A DNA stretch of 64,000 nucleotides from an uncultured SAR86 cluster bacterium (GTDB taxonomy: Bacteria; Pseudomonadota; Gammaproteobacteria; Magnimaribacterales; D2472). The notes beneath the pieces are model-generated. The model saw only the letters and a list, made by a program, of their open reading frames with translations, had not been told where the DNA came from and did no database searches. The number at the start of each line of letters is the position of its first letter. Position 1 is the first letter of the stretch. The DNA lies in NCBI GenBank assembly GCA_902586925.1, contig CACIJE010000001.1, positions 747,449-811,448 on the forward strand. The letters run 5' to 3'. Shown in pieces: positions 11,069 to 20,928 of the stretch. The position numbers and the translations under genes are program-made.

Positions 11069-11088
11069 TACTGTATAAATATACAGTA
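11069..11088 (+). promoter_or_regulatory. LexA (SOS) box upstream of recA
   Basis: TACTGTATAAATATACAGTA differs by one position from the E. coli-type palindrome TACTG(TA)5CAGTA. It lies 17 nt upstream of the recA ATG and just 5' of the AAGGAG ribosome-binding site (11093-11098). Confidence 0.7.
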
Positions 11089-11104
11089 ATATAAGGAGTT
11101 AATT

Positions 11105-12106
11105 ATGCCTAAATCAAAAGATACTACTTCAAAATCACTCAAGGATACTCTTGCAGATATAGATAACCATTTTGGTAAAGGAACAGTCATGAGAATGGGT
11201 GATCGAGAAAATTTAGATATTCCGTCAATCTCTACTGGATCATTAGGTCTTGATATAGCCTTAGGAATTGGGGGTATTCCAAAAGGAAGAGTAACTGAGA
11301 TATATGGACCTGAATCATCTGGAAAAACCACTTTAACTCTTCAAATAATTGCTCAATGTCAAAAACAAGGAGGAACATGTGCTTTTATAGATGCCGAGCA
11401 TGCTTTAGATCCTCAGTATGCTGAAAAGCTTGGTGTGAATGTAGATGAATTACTTTTATCTCAACCCGATACTGGTGAGCAAGCTTTGGAAGTTGCGGAT
11501 ATGCTCGTAAAGTCAAAAAGTGTAGATTTGGTGATAATTGATTCTGTAGCTGCTCTTGTTCCTAGAGCTGAAATAGAAGGTGAAATGGGTGATCATCATG
11601 TTGGTCTTCAAGCTAGACTTATGTCGCAAGCACTTAGAAAGATAACTGGTAATATTCAAAGATCAGGCGCCACAGTTGTATTTATAAATCAAATAAGAAT
11701 GAAAATTGGCGTAATGTTCGGAAGTCCAGAGACAACAACTGGAGGTAATGCATTAAAATTCTACTCATCAGTTAGATTAGATATCAGAAGAATTGGTTCT
11801 GTTAAAGAGGGTGATGAAGTCATGGGTAACGAAACAAGGGTTAAAGTTGTAAAGAACAAAGTTTCTCCTCCATTTAAACAAGCTGAGTTTCAGATAATGT
11901 ATGGCCAAGGAATCAATCAAGAGGGTGAGATTCTTGACTTTGGTCATAAGCTTGGTCTAGTTGATAAGTCTGGTGCTTTTTATAAATTAGATGGTGAAAG
12001 CATTGGCCAAGGAAAAGTAAAAGCTAGTACTTTTCTTAAAGAGAACGCCAAAGTTAGAGACAAGCTTGTAAAAGAAATAAGAACTTCTTACATTACAAGC
12101 AAATAG
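11105..12106 (+). CDS. recA: recombinase RecA
   Basis: [17 protein letters not shown] Walker A, the FIDAEHALD motif, and L2 loop region [26 protein letters not shown]. Confidence 0.98.
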   Translation: MPKSKDTTSKSLKDTLADIDNHFGKGTVMRMGDRENLDIPSISTGSLGLDIALGIGGIPKGRVTEIYGPESSGKTTLTLQIIAQCQKQGGTCAFIDAEHALDPQYAEKLGVNVDELLLSQPDTGEQALEVADMLVKSKSVDLVIIDSVAALVPRAEIEGEMGDHHVGLQARLMSQALRKITGNIQRSGATVVFINQIRMKIGVMFGSPETTTGGNALKFYSSVRLDIRRIGSVKEGDEVMGNETRVKVVKNKVSPPFKQAEFQIMYGQGINQEGEILDFGHKLGLVDKSGAFYKLDGESIGQGKVKASTFLKENAKVRDKLVKEIRTSYITSK

Positions 12107-12161
12107 AAATAGTTTTTTGATACAATTATCCTCATTGACATTAGTTAGTGGGGATTTTTTT

Positions 12162-13343
12162 ATGACAGAAAAAGCATATATTGTAGAGGCGGTTAGAACA
12201 GCAGGCGGTAAAAGAGATGGAAGACTAAGCCTTTGGCATCCAGCTGACTTGGGAGCTAAGGTGCTTGACGAATGTGTTAAAAGATTAGATATTGATCCTT
12301 CAATTGTAGATGATGTAATTTTTGGTTGTGTTGACCAAGTTGGAGCTCAATCAGGTAATGTTGCGAGAAATGCAGTCCTATCATCTTCTTTTCCTGAATC
12401 TGTTCCAGCTACTTCTGTGGATAGACAATGCGGATCATCTCAACAAGCTATTCATTTTGCCATTCAAGCTGTTATGTCTGGCACACAAGATATAGTTATT
12501 GGTGGTGGTGTTGAAGTAATGTCAATGGTACCGATAGGAGCATCTGTAATAGATGGACATAAAGCAGGTCACGGTTTTCCATTTGATTCTGAAGGAATCA
12601 AGAAGCGCTATCCAGGTGTATTTTTCTCTCAATTCACAGGAGCTGAGCTTGTAGCAGATAAATGGAATTTGACTCGAGAAGATTTAGATAAATTTGCACT
12701 GGAAAGCCACCAGAAAGCTGCAAGTGCTACTGAACTAAAATATTTTTATAGAGAGATTCTTCCTGTTGAAGGTAAAAATGCAGAAGGAATAGATGATTTA
12801 GTTCTGTCTGACGAAGGTATAAGATTTGATGCTAGTTTAGATAAACTTTCAGGACTTAAACCTGTCAGTGAAGGTGGAAAAATTACTGCTGGAAATGCAA
12901 GTCAAATTACAGATGGTGCTGCTGCAGTTGTTATATGCAACGAAGTTGGATTAAAAAAAATTCAATCTAATCCTAGAGCAGAGATTGTTTCAATATCTGT
13001 AGTTGGTGATGATCCTGTTTTCATGTTGACTGGACCAATTCCAGCATCTCAAAAAGCTTTAAAAAATGCTCAACTTAGCATTGATGATATTGATATTTAT
13101 GAAGTTAATGAAGCATTTGCGCCTGTTCCACTTGCATGGGCCAAAGAGCTTAAAGCAGATAAGGATAAATTAAATGTTAATGGTGGTGCAATGGCGCTTG
13201 GCCATCCTTTAGGAGCAACAGGTGCAAAACTAATGACAACAATGTTACACGAACTTGAAAGGAGAAAAGCGCGATACGCACTTCAGGCTATTTGTGAGGG
13301 TGGTGGCACTGCAAATGCAACAATCATAAAACGTCTAGATTAA
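12162..13343 (+). CDS. acetyl-CoA C-acetyltransferase (thiolase II family)
   Basis: Active-site Cys in VDRQCGSSQQAI, NGGAMALGHPLGATGA, and C-terminal CEGGGTANA. I chose the ATG at 12162 (MTEKAYIVEAVRTAGGK) over the TTG at 12117. Confidence 0.85.
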   Translation: MTEKAYIVEAVRTAGGKRDGRLSLWHPADLGAKVLDECVKRLDIDPSIVDDVIFGCVDQVGAQSGNVARNAVLSSSFPESVPATSVDRQCGSSQQAIHFAIQAVMSGTQDIVIGGGVEVMSMVPIGASVIDGHKAGHGFPFDSEGIKKRYPGVFFSQFTGAELVADKWNLTREDLDKFALESHQKAASATELKYFYREILPVEGKNAEGIDDLVLSDEGIRFDASLDKLSGLKPVSEGGKITAGNASQITDGAAAVVICNEVGLKKIQSNPRAEIVSISVVGDDPVFMLTGPIPASQKALKNAQLSIDDIDIYEVNEAFAPVPLAWAKELKADKDKLNVNGGAMALGHPLGATGAKLMTTMLHELERRKARYALQAICEGGGTANATIIKRLD

Positions 13344-14305
13344 TCGTATAGTAGGTAATCTAGGATACTTTTGAATCTTTCTCCAAAAAATTTCGGTTCG
13401 TGATCGTGATCTAAATGAACCTCCATTTTAAATTTTACGTAGTTATCATTTAAAATTTTATTAATGTCTTCTTGAGGGTTTTTATAAAGAGAATCTAATC
13501 CAACTGTTCCATGATCAAAATATAATTTATCAAGTAATAACTCACTTATATTATCTTCGACATAGCTCTTGATCGCACCTGTGGTGGCTTCATCTCCATA
13601 AATAAGAGCCTCTGTCGTAGATTGATTACCACTCATATTCATTTTAAAAGGAAGCGTAAGATATTCAGTTATTTTTATACCAACCCAATGAGTTGATAAC
13701 GATCCAACAAATCCAAATGTTTCAGGATTTTCAATTGCAATATTTAATGCTGCCAATCCTCCCATGCTCGCGCCAATAATGCCAAGGTTACTTTTTTTAA
13801 GTTTTAAGTTAAATTTCTTTTCAATGTATGGAATGACTTCTTTGATAATAAAAGACTGATAATCGAATTTCTGTGTGTCTATGAAATTAGAATAAATTGA
13901 TCTTTTAACGTTTTCATTAATGTATTTAATTGATTCTTTTGGAAAATACTCAGCATATCTCCTTGTTTCATCTATTAGATTACCCCGATATCTTTTTGCA
14001 CTGTCTATTGCAATTACTATAACGTTAAGATCCCTTCCTTCTTTTTTGAGGTCTTTGAAGCTATTGTCAATATTCCATGATTGTCCATTCCATGAATCTT
14101 TTTCAAAAAATAATTCTTCACCATCATTCATGATTATGAATTTAGTCTCTGAATTTATATCGGTTTTAACTGGGTAATATATTTGTATTCTTCTTTCGTT
14201 AGAGCCACTTTTTAAATAAGTTTCTTCAATAAAGCCTATTGATAAATCATCGCCATATGAATTAATACTTATAAAAAAAATAATTAAGAAATTTTTAAAT
14301 TTCAT
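13340..14305 (-). CDS. secreted alpha/beta-hydrolase, 'putative esterase' family (esterase D / enterochelin-esterase-like)
   Basis: Nucleophile elbow GASMGG. Sec-type signal MKFKNFLIIFFISINSYG/DD when started at ATG 14305. The track start 14323 is a TTG that would overlap the upstream gene. Confidence 0.7.
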   Translation of the reverse strand: MKFKNFLIIFFISINSYGDDLSIGFIEETYLKSGSNERRIQIYYPVKTDINSETKFIIMNDGEELFFEKDSWNGQSWNIDNSFKDLKKEGRDLNVIVIAIDSAKRYRGNLIDETRRYAEYFPKESIKYINENVKRSIYSNFIDTQKFDYQSFIIKEVIPYIEKKFNLKLKKSNLGIIGASMGGLAALNIAIENPETFGFVGSLSTHWVGIKITEYLTLPFKMNMSGNQSTTEALIYGDEATTGAIKSYVEDNISELLLDKLYFDHGTVGLDSLYKNPQEDINKILNDNYVKFKMEVHLDHDHEPKFFGERFKSILDYLLYD

Positions 14306-14310
14306 TAAGT

Positions 14311-15033
14311 TTATTCTTCCCAATCGAATTTAGGCAATTCTCCAAAAAGATTTCTCAACCCCTCAGACCATTTGCTTGAAAGGTCTGAAAAAAATGGTGT
14401 TTTAAATTGAAGATGTTCTTCTAGTGAGATTTGAATAGAATCTTTTTTGTAAACTACTAAATCAATCGGTGGACCAACTGTAAGATCACTTTTCATAGTT
14501 GAATCAAATGATACAAGGGCACATCTTGCTGCATCCCCCAGAGATGTTTCATTTCTTATAAGTCTGTCAAGGATAGGCTTACCATATTTAGTTTCACCTA
14601 ATTGAAAAAAGGGTTTAATCTCAGATGCTCTTATGTAGTTGCCTACTGGATAAACCATCATAAGGTCCGGTTCTTGACCATCAATTTGGCCACCAATAAT
14701 AAAATTTGAACCTAAATGAGTATTTACAGAAATACCATCTGTTTTTGAGTGATTTAGTGAGATTTTTCCAACATAATCAGCAATCTCGTCAAAATTTTTA
14801 CATAAATTTAAGCTATTAATAGGATTATTAGAATTTAAATCATTCTTTAGTGTTTTAAAAACATGTTGAGATGTAGATAGATTTCCTGAAGTAACAATTA
14901 TGATTGATCTATCACCAACAGAATAAGTAAACATTTTTTTATATGTAGACACATTATCTAAACCTGCATTTGTTCGTGAATCTGATGCCATGACAATGCC
15001 ATCATTCATTTTCATTCCAACACAATATGTCAT
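14311..15033 (-). CDS. Anbu (ancestral beta-subunit), a proteasome-type Ntn-hydrolase (peptidase T1 family)
   Basis: Begins MTYCVGMKMNDGIVMASDSRTNAG, so Thr follows Met directly and Asp falls at mature position 17 with Lys-Lys at 31/32. That is the proteasome beta catalytic spacing. Its neighbours are a CP ATP-grasp and an alpha-E protein, the known Anbu gene neighbourhood. Confidence 0.8.
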   Translation of the reverse strand: MTYCVGMKMNDGIVMASDSRTNAGLDNVSTYKKMFTYSVGDRSIIIVTSGNLSTSQHVFKTLKNDLNSNNPINSLNLCKNFDEIADYVGKISLNHSKTDGISVNTHLGSNFIIGGQIDGQEPDLMMVYPVGNYIRASEIKPFFQLGETKYGKPILDRLIRNETSLGDAARCALVSFDSTMKSDLTVGPPIDLVVYKKDSIQISLEEHLQFKTPFFSDLSSKWSEGLRNLFGELPKFDWEE

Positions 15034-15230
15034 ATTTAATTTATTTATCCAGAAGAACTTATTCTATATTTATATAATAAAAAAATACATAATATCTACT
15101 ATCTTTATACCATCTATTTGTTAAAGTAGATTAAACGTTCATCTTTTAATAAAAGACGGAAGTAGGTTAGAACCGAAGGAACGCATTTCTTTACCCTTTC
15201 TAGTATTTTTATTAATTGAATTTATTAATA

Positions 15231-16664
15231 ATGAAAACTAAAAAATATAATACAGATAAATTTTTTGATGAGTATATAAACAAAAATAACACATCAAGAA
15301 AAAATTTTAAGGATTCATTTAATTTTTTTAAAGCCTTAAGTAATAACAAAAAGAAACTTCTTTCAAATATAAGAGATTCTATTATTAGGTCTATGGGAGT
15401 TACTTTTCGAGTTTATGATAATAATAGATTAATTGACAGAGAGTGGCCATTAGATTTGGTTCCAAGAATAATAATTAAAAAAGAATGGAATGAGGTAAAA
15501 GATGGATTAATACAGAGAATAAAAGCAATTAATTTTTTCATTCATGATGTTTATCATAAACAAGAGTTCTTAAACCAAAATCCTGTTTTAAAATCACTAA
15601 TTTTAGATTCCCCAAATTTTTTAAAAGAATGTAAAGGAGTTGTTCCTAAGAATAAGATTTGGGCAAATATATCTGGCACAGATTTAATAAAAGACCATCG
15701 AGGTAACTTTTATGTGTTAGAAGACAATTTAAGAGTTCCATCTGGAGTAGCTTACATGCTTGAAAATAGAAATGTAATGAAAAAAGTTGTTACTGATTTA
15801 TTTAATAAATATCAGGTTTCGCCTATCGATGATTATACATCTCAATTATATAAATGTTTGTCAGACGCAAGTTACTCAAAAGATAAACTGAAAACTATTG
15901 TCATTTTGAGTCCAGGCATTTTTAATTCTGCTTATTTTGAGCATGCATATTTAGCACAACAGATGGGAATTGATCTTGTAGAGTCTTCAGATTTGATTTT
16001 ATCTAAAGATAATTATGTATATATCAAAACAATTTCTGGTAGAAAAAAAGTAGATGTGATTTATAGAAGGGTAAATGATGATTACCTAGATCCAAATGTA
16101 TGGGTAAAAGATTCAACATTAGGATTGCCCGGAATTATTAATTCTTGGAAAGAAAAAAAAGTTGCGATTGTTAATGCTCCGGGATCAGGAGTTGCTGATG
16201 ACAAAGCTGTGTATGCTTTTGTCCCAAAGATGATAGAGTTTTACTTAAATGAAAAACCAAAACTTAAGCAGGTCAAGACATACCTTTGCGCATTTGAAAA
16301 AGACATGAAATATGTTTTAAGCAACATTAGTAAACTTGTTTTAAAGCCAGTAAATGAATCAGGTGGTTATGGAATTTTAATTGGGCCAAAGGCATCAAAA
16401 AAAGAGTTGGATGAATATAAAGCAAAAATTATTGATAATCCAAGAAATTTTGTAGCACAACCATTAATTAAACTTTCTACAAGTCCTTCTATGATAAATA
16501 CGAGTATAGAACCAAGACATATCGATTTAAGACCATTCATATTGTCCGGTAATAATATTTTTGTAACAAATGGTGGATTGACAAGAGTTGCTCTTACTAA
16601 AGGATCTACTATTGTCAATTCTTCTCAGGGTGGTGGGAGTAAAGATACATGGATAATTCATTAA
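15231..16664 (+). CDS. circularly permuted type-2 ATP-grasp protein (COG2308-like amidoligase)
   Basis: DREWPLDLVPRII, QRIKAINFFIHDVY, GTDLIKDHRGNFYVLEDNLRVPSGVAYMLENR and C-terminal SSQGGGSKDTW match the family signature as I recall it. I chose the ATG at 15231 over the TTG at 15216. Confidence 0.8.
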   Translation: MKTKKYNTDKFFDEYINKNNTSRKNFKDSFNFFKALSNNKKKLLSNIRDSIIRSMGVTFRVYDNNRLIDREWPLDLVPRIIIKKEWNEVKDGLIQRIKAINFFIHDVYHKQEFLNQNPVLKSLILDSPNFLKECKGVVPKNKIWANISGTDLIKDHRGNFYVLEDNLRVPSGVAYMLENRNVMKKVVTDLFNKYQVSPIDDYTSQLYKCLSDASYSKDKLKTIVILSPGIFNSAYFEHAYLAQQMGIDLVESSDLILSKDNYVYIKTISGRKKVDVIYRRVNDDYLDPNVWVKDSTLGLPGIINSWKEKKVAIVNAPGSGVADDKAVYAFVPKMIEFYLNEKPKLKQVKTYLCAFEKDMKYVLSNISKLVLKPVNESGGYGILIGPKASKKELDEYKAKIIDNPRNFVAQPLIKLSTSPSMINTSIEPRHIDLRPFILSGNNIFVTNGGLTRVALTKGSTIVNSSQGGGSKDTWIIH

Positions 16665-17549
16665 ATGTTATCAAGTATTGCTGAAAAAACATATTGGCTC
16701 TCAAGGTATATTGAAAGAATTGAGAATACATCAAGATTGATTAATGTGAATTCAGATTTACTCTTAGACATACCACATGATGAATCAGATGATTTAAAAC
16801 ATCTAATTCAAATAACTGGACACCTAAAAGATTTTAAGAAAAAAAATACTAAAGAAAATGTTTTTTTCTTTTTAATTCAAGACGAAAAAAATCCATCTTC
16901 TATTAAATATTCAATCGAGATGGCAAAGATGAATTCAAGATACCTTTTAACAATGCTTCCAAAGTCAGCATGGGAGCAATTTAATAATTTATATACTGAT
17001 TTTATTAGTAAAAATAAATCATATAATGAAGATCTTTACCAAATAATTAGAAATTCTCAGAGGTTTTTTGCAATTATTTCTGATGGAATGCAAAGAAACG
17101 ATGTTTTTAATTTTATAAAGCTTGGAAGATTTATAGAGAGAGCTGATATGCTTTCAAGAATTATTGAAGATCAGATTTTAAGAAAAGAAAATTTTGTAAA
17201 TAAGTATTATCAAAACTTGCAATGGAGTAGTGTTTTAAAATCTATCAATGGTTTTGAATCATTTAAAACTGAAAATAAAGAGAACTTGAATCAAGAAATT
17301 GTTCTTAAATTTATAGTAATGGAGAAGTTATTTCCAAGATCTTTAAAATACTGTGTTGACAAATTACTAGAAGTGCAAAGATTTTTACCTAAATCTCAGA
17401 AAATAAGAAAATATATGAGTGAGCTTTTAATTGAGTTTTCATATGATGATTTATATAAAAATGATAAAAAAATTTTAAAAGTGCTTGATGATTTTCAGTT
17501 TGGCTTAATAAAATTAGATAAAGAAATTAATGCAAGATTTTTTAATTAA
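16665..17549 (+). CDS. alpha-E domain protein (COG2307-like), partner of the CP ATP-grasp
   Basis: N-terminus MLSSIAEKTYWLSRYIERIENTSRLINV and a second GRFIERADMLSRII repeat are typical of alpha-E. Its start abuts the ATP-grasp stop. Confidence 0.8.
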   Translation: MLSSIAEKTYWLSRYIERIENTSRLINVNSDLLLDIPHDESDDLKHLIQITGHLKDFKKKNTKENVFFFLIQDEKNPSSIKYSIEMAKMNSRYLLTMLPKSAWEQFNNLYTDFISKNKSYNEDLYQIIRNSQRFFAIISDGMQRNDVFNFIKLGRFIERADMLSRIIEDQILRKENFVNKYYQNLQWSSVLKSINGFESFKTENKENLNQEIVLKFIVMEKLFPRSLKYCVDKLLEVQRFLPKSQKIRKYMSELLIEFSYDDLYKNDKKILKVLDDFQFGLIKLDKEINARFFN

Positions 17550-18823
17550 TCTTTAAAAAAATCAAGTATGGTTTTTACATCATCAATTGGATTCATTGAA
17601 CTATCTCCATTTCTTCTGAGTAATTCAATCTCTTTATTTTCAAGAAATTTCTTTCCAACAACTATATTTAATGGAATACCAATCAATTCTGAATCTTTTA
17701 TTTTCGTTCCGTACCCATCTTTTCTATCATCAAGAAGAACCGAATAGCCCATTTCATTTAAATCTTTATATAATTTATTAGAGGCCGTCGCGATTTCTTT
17801 ATTTTTATCATGACCTATTGAAATTATATTTATATCAAATGGAGAAATGCTATGGTGCCAAATAATACCTTTATCATCATAATTTTGTTCAATTGCTGCT
17901 GCAACCAACCTTGAAACCCCAATCCCATAACAGCCCATGTATAGTAAAGAGGCTTTTCCATTTGAATCAAGAACACTTGCTTTCATTGACTCAGCATAAA
18001 TCTTTCCTAGTTTGAAGATATGACCAACCTCAATACCTTTTTTAATTTGAATTGTACCTTGACCATCTGGAGAGGGCTTTCCCTCTAAAGAGCTTATATC
18101 TTCTCCGTCTTTTAATAGTAGTTCACTATTAACTGCAAACTCTGAACTATCACTTATGGCTATAATATCTTCACCATTTTCTGCTAAAACATGAAACTCT
18201 TCAGAGCTATCTCCTCCAATGGAACCTGAATCAGCTCTAGAAATTTTATATTCCAGTCCAATTCTATCTAATATTTTTTTATATGTTTCTCTCATAGTTA
18301 AATATGTTTCTTGTAACGATTCTTCATCAATATTAAAACTGTAAGAATCTTTCATTAAAAACTCTCTTCCTCTCATAATTCCATATCTTGGTCTTACTTC
18401 ATCTCTAAATTTAGTTTGTATTTGATATATATTTAAAGGAAGTTCTTTATAACTTTTGACATTATTTCTTATAATGTCAGTTATGATTTCTTCATGTGTT
18501 GGACCCAAGCAGAAATCTCTATTATGTCGATCCTTTATTCTAAGCAATTCAGGACCCATTTTTTCCCATCTATTTGTTTCTTCCCATAGTTCTCTTGGAA
18601 GCACCATAGGCATACAAACTTCTTGAGCACCAGATAAATCCATTTCTTCTCTGACAATATTTTCAATTTTTTTAAGAACTTTTAATCCAAGGGGCAGCCA
18701 CGTATAAATGCCTGATGCAACTTTTCTAATTAAACCCGCTCGAAGCATTAACTGATGACTAACAATCTCTGCTTCTTGAGGTGAATCCTTAAGAGTTGGT
18801 AAAAGTAGCTTTGAAACTAACAT
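17546..18823 (-). CDS. proS: prolyl-tRNA synthetase, bacterial type, lacking the INS editing domain
   Basis: Bacterial-type N-terminus LLPTLKDSPQEAEIVSHQLMLRAGLIRK. Class II motifs FRDEVRPRYGIMRGREF and GCYGIGVSRLVAAAIEQ. Only about 30 residues separate FHVLAENGED... from GIEVGHIFKLG, where E. coli ProRS carries the INS domain of roughly 180 aa. Confidence 0.92.
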   Translation of the reverse strand: MLVSKLLLPTLKDSPQEAEIVSHQLMLRAGLIRKVASGIYTWLPLGLKVLKKIENIVREEMDLSGAQEVCMPMVLPRELWEETNRWEKMGPELLRIKDRHNRDFCLGPTHEEIITDIIRNNVKSYKELPLNIYQIQTKFRDEVRPRYGIMRGREFLMKDSYSFNIDEESLQETYLTMRETYKKILDRIGLEYKISRADSGSIGGDSSEEFHVLAENGEDIIAISDSSEFAVNSELLLKDGEDISSLEGKPSPDGQGTIQIKKGIEVGHIFKLGKIYAESMKASVLDSNGKASLLYMGCYGIGVSRLVAAAIEQNYDDKGIIWHHSISPFDINIISIGHDKNKEIATASNKLYKDLNEMGYSVLLDDRKDGYGTKIKDSELIGIPLNIVVGKKFLENKEIELLRRNGDSSMNPIDDVKTILDFFKD

Positions 18824-18854
18824 AGTTTATAATTTTATCTTTTTTTGAGGACTT

Positions 18855-19145
18855 ATGCCGATTTATGATTACAAATGTTCCAATTGTGGATATCAAGTTG
18901 AAATAATTCAAAAGATAAGTGACAAACCTTTAAAGATTTGCCCAAAATGCGGAAAAAGTAGCTTTAAAAAACTAATTTCTGCTCCTAGCTTCAGATTAAA
19001 GGGAGGAGGCTGGTATGAAACAGACTTTAAAACTGGTCAAAAGAGAAATTTAGTATCAAGTGAGTCTGAAAAAAGTAATAAAACTAAAGAAACTTCTAAA
19101 ACAAACTCCAAGAAAGGCCCTAAACAAGATAAAATTAAAGATTAA
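18855..19145 (+). CDS. FmdB-family zinc-ribbon protein (CxxC...CxxC) with a Lys/Ser-rich tail
   Basis: MPIYDYKCSNCGYQVE...CPKCGKSSFKKLISAPSFRLKGGGWYETDF is the canonical FmdB/CxxC_CxxC_SSSS pattern. Confidence 0.75.
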   Translation: MPIYDYKCSNCGYQVEIIQKISDKPLKICPKCGKSSFKKLISAPSFRLKGGGWYETDFKTGQKRNLVSSESEKSNKTKETSKTNSKKGPKQDKIKD

Positions 19146-19158
19146 ATAGGGAAAAATC

Positions 19159-20925
19159 ATGAAATCTCATTATTGTGGTGAAATTACAGCAGCTAATCTT
19201 AAAGAAGATATAACTATTTGTGGGTGGATACACAGAAGAAGAGATCATGGTGGCGTAATATTTTTAGATGTAAGAGATATCAAAGGAATATGTCAAGCAG
19301 TTGTAAATCCAGATAATAAAGAATCATTTAAATTAGCAGAATCAATAAGAAACGAATTTGTAGTCCAGATACATGGTGTTGTTAAGAGAAGACTAGAAGG
19401 AACAATAAATAAAAATATGTATACAGGTGAAGTTGAGATAGAGGTTATAAATTTAAATATTCTAAATAATGCAAAAACACCAGTATTTCCGATAGATGGG
19501 TACCAGGACGTTAATGAAGATGTGAGATTAAAAAACAGAGTGCTTGACCTAAGAAGACCTGAAATGAATGAGAGAATTATAACGAGATCAAAAATCACAT
19601 CATTGATAAGAAATTTTCTTGATAAAAATGACTTTCACGAAATTGAAACTCCAATTTTAACAAAAGCCACTCCAGAGGGTGCAAGAGACTATATTCTTCC
19701 AAGTAGGGTGCAGCCTGGAAGTTTTTACGCCTTACCTCAATCCCCTCAATTATTTAAGCAACTTCTTATGATTGGGGGTCTTGATAAATACTACCAAATT
19801 GCAAGATGTTTTAGAGACGAAGATCTTAGGGCAGATAGACAACCAGAATTTACTCAAATAGATATCGAGGCTTCTTTTCTTGATCAAAAGGAGATTATGA
19901 AAATAAGTGAAAAGATGATAAAGGATATCATTTTAAAATTTTGTGATGAAAAGCTTGAAAAATTTGAAGTCATCAATTGGCATGATGCTATGCGTGATTA
20001 TGGATGTGATAAGCCTGACTTAAGAATCCCTCTAAAATTAATTGAAATATCTAATCTTGTTATTGATGAAGAGTTTAAAGTATTTTCTGAACCAGCAAAA
20101 AAAGATGGCTCAAGAGTAGTTGCTCTTAAGGTTCCTATGGGTAATAAAATGTCAAGAGGACAGATTGATGACTATACAAAGTTTGTATCTAAGCTTGGTG
20201 CAAAAGGACTTGCTTATATAAAAATAAATGATGTAAATGATTTAGAAAATGGTATTCAATCTCCAATATTAAAATTTTTAAATAAACAAACCATTTCAGA
20301 TATTATTAAAACTTCAGAAGCTAAGACAGATGATTTAATATTTTTTGGTGCTGGCTCAGAAGCAATAGTAAATTTGACAATGAGCAGCTTAATTAAAAAA
20401 TTAGGCAGCGATCTGAATCTATACAAAAAAAAATGGGCTCCATGTTGGATAATTAATTTTCCAATGTTTGAATTTAATAATGAAGCTAATTTAACACCAC
20501 TTCATCACCCATTTACTTTACCAAATGCATCCAAGAAAGAACTTTTAGAAGGGCCAGAAAAGGTCTTAGCTCATGCCTATGATATTGTTTTAAATGGATA
20601 TGAGATTGGAGGCGGGTCACTTAGAATTTATGAACAAGGTATGCAAGAAACAATTTTTAATGTTTTGAAAATTTCAAAAGAAGAGGCAAACAATAAATTT
20701 GGCTTTCTCTTAAAAGCTTTGTCTTCCGGTTGTCCTCCCCATGGCGGAATTGCATTTGGATTAGATAGGATTGTCATGTTGGTTACAGATACAACAAATA
20801 TCAGAGATGTAATTGCATTTCCTAAAACTCAAAGTGCTACATGTCTTTTAACGGATGCTCCAAGTAAAGTGGATAAGGAACAGTTAGAGGAATTAAAAAT
20901 AATTAGCACACATAAGGAAGAATAA
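19159..20925 (+). CDS. aspS: aspartyl-tRNA synthetase
   Basis: 588 aa with [33 protein letters not shown] and [12 protein letters not shown] motifs. Confidence 0.97.
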   Translation: MKSHYCGEITAANLKEDITICGWIHRRRDHGGVIFLDVRDIKGICQAVVNPDNKESFKLAESIRNEFVVQIHGVVKRRLEGTINKNMYTGEVEIEVINLNILNNAKTPVFPIDGYQDVNEDVRLKNRVLDLRRPEMNERIITRSKITSLIRNFLDKNDFHEIETPILTKATPEGARDYILPSRVQPGSFYALPQSPQLFKQLLMIGGLDKYYQIARCFRDEDLRADRQPEFTQIDIEASFLDQKEIMKISEKMIKDIILKFCDEKLEKFEVINWHDAMRDYGCDKPDLRIPLKLIEISNLVIDEEFKVFSEPAKKDGSRVVALKVPMGNKMSRGQIDDYTKFVSKLGAKGLAYIKINDVNDLENGIQSPILKFLNKQTISDIIKTSEAKTDDLIFFGAGSEAIVNLTMSSLIKKLGSDLNLYKKKWAPCWIINFPMFEFNNEANLTPLHHPFTLPNASKKELLEGPEKVLAHAYDIVLNGYEIGGGSLRIYEQGMQETIFNVLKISKEEANNKFGFLLKALSSGCPPHGGIAFGLDRIVMLVTDTTNIRDVIAFPKTQSATCLLTDAPSKVDKEQLEELKIISTHKEE

Positions 20926-20928
20926 TTT

